Shown: positions 39,859 through 49,293 of the stretch, piece by piece
How the letters are laid out: each line of letters opens with the position of its first letter
Position numbering within the stretch: the stretch's first letter is position 1
Assembly: GCA_964583075.1 (NCBI GenBank)
Contig: CAZOUW010000002.1
Coordinates: 5,915-69,914, forward strand
Direction of reading: 5' to 3'
From: an uncultured Candidatus Saccharibacteria bacterium
GTDB lineage: Bacteria > Patescibacteriota > Saccharimonadia > Saccharimonadales > JAGQNJ01
Length of the DNA: 64,000 nucleotides
The notes under the pieces: generated by a model
What the model saw: only the letters and a program-made list of their open reading frames with translations
Database searches by the model: none
Told to the model about the DNA's origin: nothing
Position numbers and translations under genes: made by a program

Positions 39859-41892
39859 TTAGTTTAGGTGAACCACGGATTGTAGTTCTATTATTCGCTT
39901 CTTAATATACGGGTATTGTACCAGATTCTGCTCCTTGCGCATGAACTCTTTTACAGCATTGCGAGCTCGTGCAATAAGTTTTGTGTCTGAAAAATTAGCT
40001 ATTCTTAAATCCAACTGTCCATGCTGCATCATGCCGTAGAGCGCTCCTGCACCCCGTATGTCTAAATCTAGCTGAGCAAGCTTGAAGCCGTCAGTAGTTG
40101 ATTCAATTGCGCGTAACCTCCTTGAAGGTGCGCGTGAGTCGCTCAACATTAAATAACAATACCCTCGTGTTTTTCCCCGACCAACCCGGCCCCGCAGTTG
40201 ATGAAGTTGTGCTAAACCAAAACGCTCAGGCGCTTCAATAATCATTATCGTTGCATTTGGAACATCTACGCCTACTTCAATAACTGTGGTTGCCACCAAA
40301 ATGTCAATGTCTCCATTGACAACTTTTTGCATGATCGTCTGTTTGTCTTCTGTCTTCATCTTTCCGTGCAATATCCCAACCTTAAACTCCTTGAAGTGTT
40401 TTTTCATTTCAATATATGTCGCTTGAGCAGATTTTGCCTCGACTGCATTTGATTCTTCAATCAGAGGACAAACAACAAAAGCCTGACGACCATTTTTTAG
40501 CTCCTCTTCAACACGTTCATATAGTTTAAGCTGATCCGTAGGCTTCACTAAAGCAGTTATTATTGGCAATCTGTCCTTTGGCTTTTGATTCAAGATTGAA
40601 ATATCAAGCTCACCAAAGACAGTCAGCGCAAGACTACGCGGAATCGGTGTTGCAGTCATACTAAGCATATGGGGCACGTGTCCAGACTTGGCCAGTAGCT
40701 TTTTGCGTTGCTCAACGCCAAAACGATGCTGCTCATCAATAACCACGAGCGCTAATTTGCTTAGGTTAACTTTTTCCTGAATCAATGTATGTGTGCCAAC
40801 TATAAACTGGGCTTGACCGTTGCTAATGAAATCATGAGCTCTTTTTTTGTCTTGTGCGCTCATACTGCCAACCAAAAGTATGGTTTTCTCTGCAAAACCC
40901 AAGGGTGTCACTAGATTATAGATTGTCTCTGCATGCTGTCGAGCTAGTAGCTCGGTTGGTGCCATAAAAGCGACCTGATAGCCCTCTGCTAAAGCCATGA
41001 CTGCTCCCATTGCCGCCACAACGGTCTTACCGGCACCAACGTCACCTTCTAGCAGCCTATTCATAACCTTACCTGAGTCCATATCTTGATAGATCTGCCA
41101 AACAGCACGTTTTTGAGCATCGGTGAGCATGAATGGTAGGTGTTTTATGAAAGCTTTGGCATAGTCCTGCTTGAAGGCCACTTTTATACTAGGCTGATCT
41201 GCGATGTCCCGCTTGGAGTGCTGTGCAGCTAGAATAAGTTCAAATAACTCCTCAAACCCTAAGCGTTGATCCGCCAACTTTACATCATTAATGGTGTCGG
41301 GGAAGTGCTTCTTTTTAATTGCATCCTTGCGCGCTATTAGCTGCTCGTCTTTTAGCACATAATCAGGTAATGTCTCTGGTATATAGGTTGCGCTCGTTAT
41401 GACCTCCCTGACAATTTTTCTAATTTGCCTGGACGATAGTCCTTTGGTCTCACGATATACCGGTACTATCCGTGCAGCATTTATTGGAAACGTCGATTCA
41501 AGTTCGATTGACGGGTTAGTAATTGATAACTTGCCGTATCTCAGCTCAAACAAGCCAGAAACAAAATATGACTCGTGCTTTTGTATGCTTGCCGCACGAT
41601 ATGGCTGATTAAACCAAACTAATCGTACACTGCCAGTAGCATCGCTGGCGATGGCCTCAGTAATATGAAGACCGCCCCGTACATATTTCCCAGACGCCTG
41701 CTTAATTTCAGCCTTGATGCTAACGTTACCTGGCTTGATACGGCCTATACTGAGCAGATTGGAGTAGTCTTCATATCGACGCGGATAGTACTCAAGTAAA
41801 TCCTTAACGTTTCTTAGTCCAAGTCTTGCTAATATCGCAGCCGTACTAGGCCCAACTCCACGAACATCACGTAACGATGTATCCAATTGCAT
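39859..41892 (-). CDS. recG: ATP-dependent DNA helicase RecG
   Basis: 677 aa with a wedge domain and SF2 helicase motifs (GDVGAGKTVVA, DEQHRFGV, helicase C). Confidence 0.9.
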   Translation of the reverse strand: MQLDTSLRDVRGVGPSTAAILARLGLRNVKDLLEYYPRRYEDYSNLLSIGRIKPGNVSIKAEIKQASGKYVRGGLHITEAIASDATGSVRLVWFNQPYRAASIQKHESYFVSGLFELRYGKLSITNPSIELESTFPINAARIVPVYRETKGLSSRQIRKIVREVITSATYIPETLPDYVLKDEQLIARKDAIKKKHFPDTINDVKLADQRLGFEELFELILAAQHSKRDIADQPSIKVAFKQDYAKAFIKHLPFMLTDAQKRAVWQIYQDMDSGKVMNRLLEGDVGAGKTVVAAMGAVMALAEGYQVAFMAPTELLARQHAETIYNLVTPLGFAEKTILLVGSMSAQDKKRAHDFISNGQAQFIVGTHTLIQEKVNLSKLALVVIDEQHRFGVEQRKKLLAKSGHVPHMLSMTATPIPRSLALTVFGELDISILNQKPKDRLPIITALVKPTDQLKLYERVEEELKNGRQAFVVCPLIEESNAVEAKSAQATYIEMKKHFKEFKVGILHGKMKTEDKQTIMQKVVNGDIDILVATTVIEVGVDVPNATIMIIEAPERFGLAQLHQLRGRVGRGKTRGYCYLMLSDSRAPSRRLRAIESTTDGFKLAQLDLDIRGAGALYGMMQHGQLDLRIANFSDTKLIARARNAVKEFMRKEQNLVQYPYIKKRIIELQSVVHLN

Positions 41893-41912
41893 ACCCCCAG
41901 TATACAGATAGT

Positions 41913-42710
41913 TTAAGAGGCTTTTTTGACCAAAAAGAAGACACTTGGGCCAAAGTAGGTTTTAGCCAAAGCTGATTGTAGGAAAGTTTCAAGCGAAAGC
42001 ATAACGCTCTGCGGTACAACTTTTTTAAGCGTCGGCGAACGTAAATTGGAAACTGATAGAACTTTATCAACCCTAAGGCCAGCATGAGCCAACTGCTTAA
42101 CAACAGTTTTTGGATTGTGATTTACAAACGCCACTTCATCATCATTTCTATTTTCTGGACTGCGAATATCAACCGGCTCAACTGGCAATTTCTTTAGTCT
42201 TAGTGCGTGTTTTATACGGTTACGGCCATGCGCATAGTTAGCCATCTCAAGTATAATTACCCCCTCGTCCGATAGTACGCGCGCAAGTTCAGCGAATTCA
42301 GTTGATGGATCTGGTAAATGGTGCATCACTCGAATCATAGTTATCAAATCGAGGCTACTATCCTTGAACTTCAAATCATCTGCTTGCATCTTTTTCTGAT
42401 CAATTTCTGGGTAATTTTTTAAGAAATCCTTGGCGATATCCAGCTGTTGTTGACTTGGTTCAGCTAATGTCACCTTATCTGCATACTGCTCAAGCAAAAT
42501 GCAAAGTCGCCCATAGCCACCACCTATGTCGACGGCTGAACCAAAGTGCCTGTCTTTTATAAGTCGGCGTATAGCCATTTCCTCAGCTGCGTGCTCATAG
42601 TCACGACCATTCCAATAATGAAGGTAATTATAGTTGCCGCTATCGTACTGATCTGCTTTCTTCTTCTGATTGTTCGTTTTTTTAATTTCTTTGGTTGTTT
42701 TCTTTGTCAT
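41913..42710 (-). CDS. class I SAM-dependent methyltransferase
   Basis: ORF 41913..42773. The internal start MTKKTT avoids overlap with tyrS. Motif I is VDIGGGYGR and motif II is LDLI. Confidence 0.65.
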   Translation of the reverse strand: MTKKTTKEIKKTNNQKKKADQYDSGNYNYLHYWNGRDYEHAAEEMAIRRLIKDRHFGSAVDIGGGYGRLCILLEQYADKVTLAEPSQQQLDIAKDFLKNYPEIDQKKMQADDLKFKDSSLDLITMIRVMHHLPDPSTEFAELARVLSDEGVIILEMANYAHGRNRIKHALRLKKLPVEPVDIRSPENRNDDEVAFVNHNPKTVVKQLAHAGLRVDKVLSVSNLRSPTLKKVVPQSVMLSLETFLQSALAKTYFGPSVFFLVKKAS

Positions 42711-42732
42711 ACCAGACCAGTATAACAGCTTT

Positions 42733-43980
42733 CTAGGTGCTAAGTTGGATAACTGCGTTATTGTTTTTACCACGCCTTACAATGACGTGGCCACCATCAA
42801 GTGCATCTCCCACTTCCCAGTTTCTATCCGACTCTAGTGTCTTACCGTTGATATATAAACCACCCTGTTCAAGAAAACGACGCGCTTCTGAGTTAGAAGT
42901 AATAAAGCCTGCTTCTACGAATGATTTCAGAATTGGTTGCCCAACCTCGGCATTAACAAGCGGCAGCTCTTGCTTGAGTGCAACAAAGTCGGCCGACCGT
43001 AAACTATCATAGTTCTCACCTTTAAATAACACGTCTGTAACACGCTGTATTGAATCTGTGGCCTGCTGGCCATGCACAAGCTTGGTTACTTCTCGCGCCA
43101 AGGTCTTTTGAGCAGCACGGCCTGATTTATTTGCCTGAAATTCTCGCATAACCCCGTCTATGGCTGACTTATCTAACTCAGTAAACACCTTTAGATAGTC
43201 TTCGACACCTTCGTCGTCAACGTTAAGCCAGAATTGATAAAAGCTATAAACAGACGTTTTGGTTGGGTTAAGCCAAACTGCGCCATCTTCACTTTTACCA
43301 AATTTCTTACCAGTTGTCTTATTAATAATGAGTGGGCAGGTCAATACATTAACCTCCTCACCTTCAACACGTCGAACCAAATCAACACCTGAGATAGAAT
43401 TCCCCCATTGATCGCTGCCAGCAACCTGTAACTTAACCCCATATTCACGGTAAAGATGCAGGTAGTCATAGCCCTGCAAAAGTGTATAACTGAATTCTGT
43501 ATAACTAATACCGCGACCACCCTCACCTATTCGTTTAGCAATGTAGTCGCGCTGGACAAGTGGCGTCATACTGAAATGTTTACCAGTATCACGCAAAAAT
43601 TCAAGAACGCTCATATCCTTAAACCAGTCTAGGTTATTCGCAAAAGTTGTCTCAGATCCAAAAAGTGTTCTTATCTGGGCAGAAACAGCCGCTACATTAG
43701 CTTCTATTTGTTCTACAGATTGTAACGGACGCTCGCTATCTTTTCCGCCCGGATCCCCAACCAAGCTTGTAGCACCACCAGCTAGTATTACTGGCTGCCA
43801 GCCATGTCTCACAAAAACCTTGTCCATCATGACTGCAGCTAAATTTCCAATCGTTAAAGAGTCAGAGGATGCATCATAGCCATGATAGAATCTCAGCTTG
43901 TTCTCATCTAAGGTTGATAGGTTTTCTATAGTTGTCTGGTTAATAAAACCACGCCAACGGAGCTCTTCGGATAGTGTCAT
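42733..43980 (-). CDS. tyrS: tyrosine--tRNA ligase
   Basis: 415 aa class-I aaRS with a HIGH-like motif (TIGN), KMSKS-like motif (KFGKS) and a C-terminal S4-like RNA-binding domain typical of TyrRS. Confidence 0.85.
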   Translation of the reverse strand: MTLSEELRWRGFINQTTIENLSTLDENKLRFYHGYDASSDSLTIGNLAAVMMDKVFVRHGWQPVILAGGATSLVGDPGGKDSERPLQSVEQIEANVAAVSAQIRTLFGSETTFANNLDWFKDMSVLEFLRDTGKHFSMTPLVQRDYIAKRIGEGGRGISYTEFSYTLLQGYDYLHLYREYGVKLQVAGSDQWGNSISGVDLVRRVEGEEVNVLTCPLIINKTTGKKFGKSEDGAVWLNPTKTSVYSFYQFWLNVDDEGVEDYLKVFTELDKSAIDGVMREFQANKSGRAAQKTLAREVTKLVHGQQATDSIQRVTDVLFKGENYDSLRSADFVALKQELPLVNAEVGQPILKSFVEAGFITSNSEARRFLEQGGLYINGKTLESDRNWEVGDALDGGHVIVRRGKNNNAVIQLST

Positions 43981-44100
43981 AAATACATAATATGACAGAT
44001 TTATAAAATAGAGTAGCCCCCAGTAAAAACATAAAAATTATGGCTATAAAACGGCTTCTGTTTGCTATAATACCTTGGTAACAATGGAGAAGACTAATAG

Positions 44101-46899
44101 ATGAATACTTCTAGGCGTCGCGGACGAGTTAGTAAGAATATCTTTACTACTCGCAGCGGTAAAACGGTTAAGGTCAACCGTAGCTTGTCACAGCGTGTAA
44201 AGGGAATGAAGGATAGTAGAGCCTTGCGTAAGGCAGAGCGTCTAAGTGGCATGCCAAAATCTCGAGTCAAACGCTTCTTTTACCGTCTACATCCAAAGCG
44301 TTTAGCTAACTATTGGTTTAGCCGTGAGGGTGGAATCATGGCCCTTAAACTTCTAGGGATCGCATTCATTGCTGGCTTTGTAATGCTGGCTGGACTTTTT
44401 GCATATTTCAGAAAAGATCTGCCTAATCTTCGCGACATCTCTGGTAATAATATTGGTGGCAGCATCCGCTATTATGACCGCACTGGCCAAACACTACTAT
44501 TTGAAGATTATGATGCCGTTAAACGCATCCCCGTTGGCGAAGCAGGCATCAATCAGTACATGAAGGACGCAACCGTCGCCATAGAGGATAAGGATTTCTA
44601 CAAACACGGCGGGTTTGATGTACGCGGTATCATGCGTGCTGGTATCAACAATGTTTTTGGACTTTCCGGTGGTCAGCAAGGTGGCTCTACCATTACACAA
44701 CAGCTCGTCAAGCTTTCTCAGGACTGGACTAAAGACCAGACTTACACACGCAAGGTCAAAGAATTAATATTATCTGTTGAGCTTGAACGTGAATACTCAA
44801 AACAGCAAATTCTAGCCGGATATCTCGATACCGCACCGTATGGGGGTATCGAGTATGGCGTTGAAGCTGCTGCTCGTGATTATTTTGATAAATCCGCCAA
44901 GGATTTGACACTTGATGAAGCAGCTATGTTTGCAGCCATACCAAAATCACCAACCTATTATTCGCCATACAGTAATGACTTTGATCGTGAAGCGTTTATT
45001 GGACGACAACACTATATTCTTGATCAAATGGTCGCCCAAGGCATGATTTCTTCAGAAGATCGTGATGCCGCCAAGCAAGTTGATACAGTTGCAAAAGTTA
45101 AACCACGTAAGCCTAAGTTTGATGGCATTAAGTCACCCTGGTTTGTATTAGCCGCCAAAGAACAGCTTGAAGAGACGCGTGGTCAGGACGCGGTCAAACG
45201 AAGTGGTTGGAAAGTAACTACAACTCTTGACATGGACCTCCAACAAAAGGCTGAGGAGCAAGTTTCCAAAGGGCTTGCCCAAGTTAAGCGACAAGGTGGT
45301 GATGTAGCCGCCATGACCGCAGAAGATGTCAAAACTGGCCAAGTCGTCGCACTTGTAGGTGGTAGTGATTTCTCTAACCCTGATTATGGCCAAAACAACT
45401 ATGCACGTTTGCGTCTGCCACCAGGTTCTAGCTTTAAGCCATACGATTACACGACCCTTATAGAAAATACCGAGAATTCTGGGGCCGGCTCAGTCTTGTA
45501 CGATAGTCAAGGCCCACTTGAAGGTTACCCATGTACCAAAAAAGAGAGACCAAAACAAGGTGGTAATTGTTTGTGGGACTATGACTTTAAATATCCGGGT
45601 GCAATGACGCTACGCTACGCACTCGCTGGTTCGCGCAACGTACCGGCTGTAAAAGCAATGCTCATACCCGGCATAGACAAGACTATTCAAACTGCTGAAA
45701 AACTAGGGCTTAAGAGTGGTTACAAGTGTTACGAAGACGAGTCCCTTACAAAAGAATCTCAATGCTACGCCTCATCTGCCATAGGTGATGGTGCTTACCT
45801 GCGCATGGATGAACATGTTCATGCTTATGCATCGCTATCGCGCAATGGCCTAAACATACCTCAGAGCTACATCCTGAAGATCGAGGACTCCAATAATAAG
45901 GTCGTTGACGAATGGAAGCCAAGTAAAGGCGAACAAGCGGTACGCCCGGAATCAGCCTATATAATCTCTGACATTTTGTCTGACCCGAATGCCAGCTACC
46001 TTTCAACAAAGATTCAAAACTATAAAGGTCATAAATTCTCTGTTAAAACCGGTACTACTAACGACTCTAAGGACGGCTGGATGATGGGATACTCAACTCA
46101 ATATGCGGTTGGTGTTTGGGTTGGCTACCACACTCGACAAAAAGAGATGTCTGGCTTCATGGAAACCATGACCTCACCAATGTGGCGTGGTTGGATGAAT
46201 TCTGTTCATGATAACCTCAAACCAGAGGAACGAGTTAAGCCTGCTGGTATACAAACCGCCACAGCCTATGTTCAAAGAACAAGTCCGAGTGCTGGTGCAC
46301 GCGTACCCGGGCCAGCACAAGATCTATTTCCTTCTTGGTATAAGAATACCCGTAAAGCAAATAATGTTAAACGAGTAATGGACCAGGTATCTGAAAAGTT
46401 AGCAACAGACTGCACACCACCACGTGCTCGCAAAGAAACCAACGACGCAGGTGCTGACGCGTTCTCTAGTGACACATTTGCTGGTGCGGGGGGTACAAGT
46501 AACTCAGAAACTAGTGATAAAGACGATATCCATAAATGCGAAGATATTAAGCCAACTATTACCCTAACAGTTCAGCAAAATGGAGACAGTTACAACTTGA
46601 TTGCTACTGTTGCACAAGGCACCCATCCACTATCGAGCGACAAATTTAAAGGCAACGTTACCTTCTCGGTCGATGGACAAGCCATACCTGGTGGGTCATA
46701 CGAAGTCAGTAGCTCGGGGTCGGTTGTGTACCAAAATTACAAGCCAACTGGAAGTGCAACGATAACCGCCACGGTTGTTGACAGCGTGCTTTACGAAGCA
46801 ACAGACACTAAGACCATTACCCCTAAGGCAGCAACTCTGATGAACTCCCAATCAAACAACTCCAACTCAGAGCGACGAAATCGAAACCGAGACAACTAA
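44101..46899 (+). CDS. class A penicillin-binding protein (glycosyltransferase GT51 + transpeptidase) with C-terminal Ig-like extension
   Basis: 932 aa with an N-terminal TM segment, GT51 motifs (GGSTITQQLVK), transpeptidase motifs SFKP/SXN/KTG and a ~200-aa Ser/Thr-rich C-terminal domain. A strong SD (ggagaag) and a -10-like tgcTATAAT lie upstream. Confidence 0.88.
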   Translation: MNTSRRRGRVSKNIFTTRSGKTVKVNRSLSQRVKGMKDSRALRKAERLSGMPKSRVKRFFYRLHPKRLANYWFSREGGIMALKLLGIAFIAGFVMLAGLFAYFRKDLPNLRDISGNNIGGSIRYYDRTGQTLLFEDYDAVKRIPVGEAGINQYMKDATVAIEDKDFYKHGGFDVRGIMRAGINNVFGLSGGQQGGSTITQQLVKLSQDWTKDQTYTRKVKELILSVELEREYSKQQILAGYLDTAPYGGIEYGVEAAARDYFDKSAKDLTLDEAAMFAAIPKSPTYYSPYSNDFDREAFIGRQHYILDQMVAQGMISSEDRDAAKQVDTVAKVKPRKPKFDGIKSPWFVLAAKEQLEETRGQDAVKRSGWKVTTTLDMDLQQKAEEQVSKGLAQVKRQGGDVAAMTAEDVKTGQVVALVGGSDFSNPDYGQNNYARLRLPPGSSFKPYDYTTLIENTENSGAGSVLYDSQGPLEGYPCTKKERPKQGGNCLWDYDFKYPGAMTLRYALAGSRNVPAVKAMLIPGIDKTIQTAEKLGLKSGYKCYEDESLTKESQCYASSAIGDGAYLRMDEHVHAYASLSRNGLNIPQSYILKIEDSNNKVVDEWKPSKGEQAVRPESAYIISDILSDPNASYLSTKIQNYKGHKFSVKTGTTNDSKDGWMMGYSTQYAVGVWVGYHTRQKEMSGFMETMTSPMWRGWMNSVHDNLKPEERVKPAGIQTATAYVQRTSPSAGARVPGPAQDLFPSWYKNTRKANNVKRVMDQVSEKLATDCTPPRARKETNDAGADAFSSDTFAGAGGTSNSETSDKDDIHKCEDIKPTITLTVQQNGDSYNLIATVAQGTHPLSSDKFKGNVTFSVDGQAIPGGSYEVSSSGSVVYQNYKPTGSATITATVVDSVLYEATDTKTITPKAATLMNSQSNNSNSERRNRNRDN

Positions 46900-48240
46900 C
46901 TACGTTTTTAAGAAATTATTAAGGGCCTCTCGGACATCTCTTACGGGCGAATGAAATGGGTTCTTCCTGGTCATTGGACCGATGGATCCTTCGAACCCAA
47001 GTTTTTGTGCCTCTTTGATACGTTGGTCAATAAAAGGTACGTGACGTATCTCACCCGCGAGACCAACCTCGCCAAAAACAACTGAGTTACTTTTTAGCTC
47101 CAAGCCCTTAGTAGCTGATCCAATGGCCATACACACAGCTAAGTCCGCTGCTGGTTCTTGAATCCGAATGCCACCAACTATGTTAATGTAAATATCTTTA
47201 TCAGCTAGATTAAGTTTTGTGCGACGTTCAAGCATTGCCACTAAAACATTTAGGCGATTAATCTCTATACCGCTGGCTGTACGTTTTGGGTAACCAAAAC
47301 TGGTCTTGTTCACGAGTGCTTGCACCTCAACCAATATAGGACGCGAGCCCTCCATGGTTGCGAGCACAATTGAGCCGTCTGTGATTTGTCTTTCGGCGAG
47401 AAGCGCCTTTGATGGATTGTCTATAGGTTCAAGCCCGTAGTCTTTCATCTCAAATAGTGCTGTTTCGTTAGTTGATCCATAACGATTTTTCACACTTCTC
47501 AGCACTTTAAATCCCCCATACCGATCACCCTCAAGCTGGAATACACCATCCACAATATGTTCTAAAATTTTTGGCCCGGCAATCGAGCCTTCTTTTGTAA
47601 CGTGGCCAACAATTATCAGGCAAGTCCCTGATTGCTTTGCTGCAGCAGTTAATAAGTGGGTACTGCTGCTAATCTGGCTAACGCTACCGGGTGATGATGT
47701 AACACCCGTACACTGCAATGTCTGAATTGAATCTACAATAACCAATTTGTATTTCGCACGTGAAACTGTAGCTGAGATTTCGTCAGTGACACTACTAGTC
47801 GCAAGATCAACCTTATCAGTTTTAACGCCCAAACGCTTAGCTCGTATCGCCACCTGATGGTCAGACTCCTCTCCACTTACGTACAGAACGGACTGATCTT
47901 GCGATGCAAGCGAGTTACAGATTTGCATTAGCAGAGTGCTTTTTCCGATTCCAGGCTCTCCGGCAAAAAGTAGTACCGCACCCTTTACTATACCGCCGCC
48001 GAGTACACGGTCAATTTCTCCATACTTTATTGGCAGTCGTCCTTCGTTATCTGCCGCAACAGAAACAATTGCCCGTGGTTTCAGAGCACCTGCGCCGTTA
48101 GTCTTCATTAATCCATTTTTTTGCGGGACTACTTCTTCCTCAAGTGTGTTCCATTCGCCACAAACATGACATCGCCCAGACCAAGATGGTGACTCGGCAC
48201 CACAATTGCCACAAATATAGCGCTTCCCTAGCTTTACCAT
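46900..48240 (-). CDS. radA: DNA repair protein RadA/Sms
   Basis: 446 aa with an N-terminal C4 zinc finger (CGNCGAESPSWSGRCHVCGEW), a RecA-like ATPase (GEPGIGKST) and a Lon-like C-terminal domain. Confidence 0.92.
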   Translation of the reverse strand: MVKLGKRYICGNCGAESPSWSGRCHVCGEWNTLEEEVVPQKNGLMKTNGAGALKPRAIVSVAADNEGRLPIKYGEIDRVLGGGIVKGAVLLFAGEPGIGKSTLLMQICNSLASQDQSVLYVSGEESDHQVAIRAKRLGVKTDKVDLATSSVTDEISATVSRAKYKLVIVDSIQTLQCTGVTSSPGSVSQISSSTHLLTAAAKQSGTCLIIVGHVTKEGSIAGPKILEHIVDGVFQLEGDRYGGFKVLRSVKNRYGSTNETALFEMKDYGLEPIDNPSKALLAERQITDGSIVLATMEGSRPILVEVQALVNKTSFGYPKRTASGIEINRLNVLVAMLERRTKLNLADKDIYINIVGGIRIQEPAADLAVCMAIGSATKGLELKSNSVVFGEVGLAGEIRHVPFIDQRIKEAQKLGFEGSIGPMTRKNPFHSPVRDVREALNNFLKT

Positions 48241-48297
48241 ATCAATAGTCTATCAGATTACTCGACATTATGAGGGACTGGGGTATTCATTTGTAAC

Positions 48298-49257
48298 CTA
48301 AAAACTTTGCGGGCGACTGTCTATAGCCTCTGCAAGATTCTGCACCTCACCTGCTATATTATTACGCTTTTCTACTATTTCGTTATAACTGTTTATAAGC
48401 TTGTCAGCCTCACGAACACTGGCATTATATTGACTGACCTGTTCATTGAATGCAGGCACAGCCTGGTTGTAGCCAGAAACATCACCGCTATTAAGCATTT
48501 TATCTAAACGTCGCTTTCCGCTCGTGAGCGCATTGTACTGCAAGGAAAGTTCGTTTCTATTTGCATCTACTTCGGTTTTGAGCTGTGCTAACTGATTATC
48601 ATAATCGTTTACCTGTTTTTGTCTAGATGAAAATTCCGATTCATACTGATCAGAGAACACAATAATTGCTGCCCGGTTTGAAAAGTACCGTTTATAATAC
48701 GTTTCTAGTTCAGGTGAAAGATCCTTAACTTCTGTGGCAAGTATAGAGTGTAGCTCGTTAGGAACGACTCGGGGATCTTGTTGCCGGTACTTCTCAACAG
48801 TTGATTTGATTCGCTCATTGGTTACCGTTAGAAACGCCGCCTGAGTGAGCTTGTCAACACGCTCACGTTCTATCTTTGAGAGCCTATCGTAAGCTGCATG
48901 GAGCATTTCATGTGCCGCTGTAACCTCTTTCACCCCACTAAGCCTTGAATCTGTGACATCATAAAGGAATATCCCCTTCGCGGGTACATAGCACCCAAGG
49001 ACAATCGACGTTTCTGAGCTACATTCAGCGTTAAACTCCGAAGCAGTGCTGATGGCTGGACGATTCACGTAAAAGATCTTCTTCCCTTCAGGTGTCATCG
49101 TAGTACTATTGGCAAGCGATACGACTACTTGGGGTGGTCTATAATCTCTGAGTCTCCACCAGTCATAAATATCCTGCCGGAAAAACCACACCAACAGTAT
49201 TGTACTGATAGATAATGCAGTAACAATTAGGCCAGCAAATCGACGCAGAAAGTTCAT
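48298..49257 (-). CDS. hypothetical membrane-anchored protein with HExxH motif and C-terminal coiled-coil
   Basis: 319 aa with an N-terminal TM helix, AAHEMLHAAYD (candidate zincin motif) and a Gln/Asn-rich coiled-coil C-terminus. Confidence 0.5.
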   Translation of the reverse strand: MNFLRRFAGLIVTALSISTILLVWFFRQDIYDWWRLRDYRPPQVVVSLANSTTMTPEGKKIFYVNRPAISTASEFNAECSSETSIVLGCYVPAKGIFLYDVTDSRLSGVKEVTAAHEMLHAAYDRLSKIERERVDKLTQAAFLTVTNERIKSTVEKYRQQDPRVVPNELHSILATEVKDLSPELETYYKRYFSNRAAIIVFSDQYESEFSSRQKQVNDYDNQLAQLKTEVDANRNELSLQYNALTSGKRRLDKMLNSGDVSGYNQAVPAFNEQVSQYNASVREADKLINSYNEIVEKRNNIAGEVQNLAEAIDSRPQSF

Positions 49258-49293
49258 CTGATACTATTATAGACTACTTATGCCTACTATCGA

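Noticed and set aside
41867-42103. 78-aa minus-strand ORF
   Set aside because: It overlaps the recG start region and the methyltransferase 3' end in another frame, and has no motifs.
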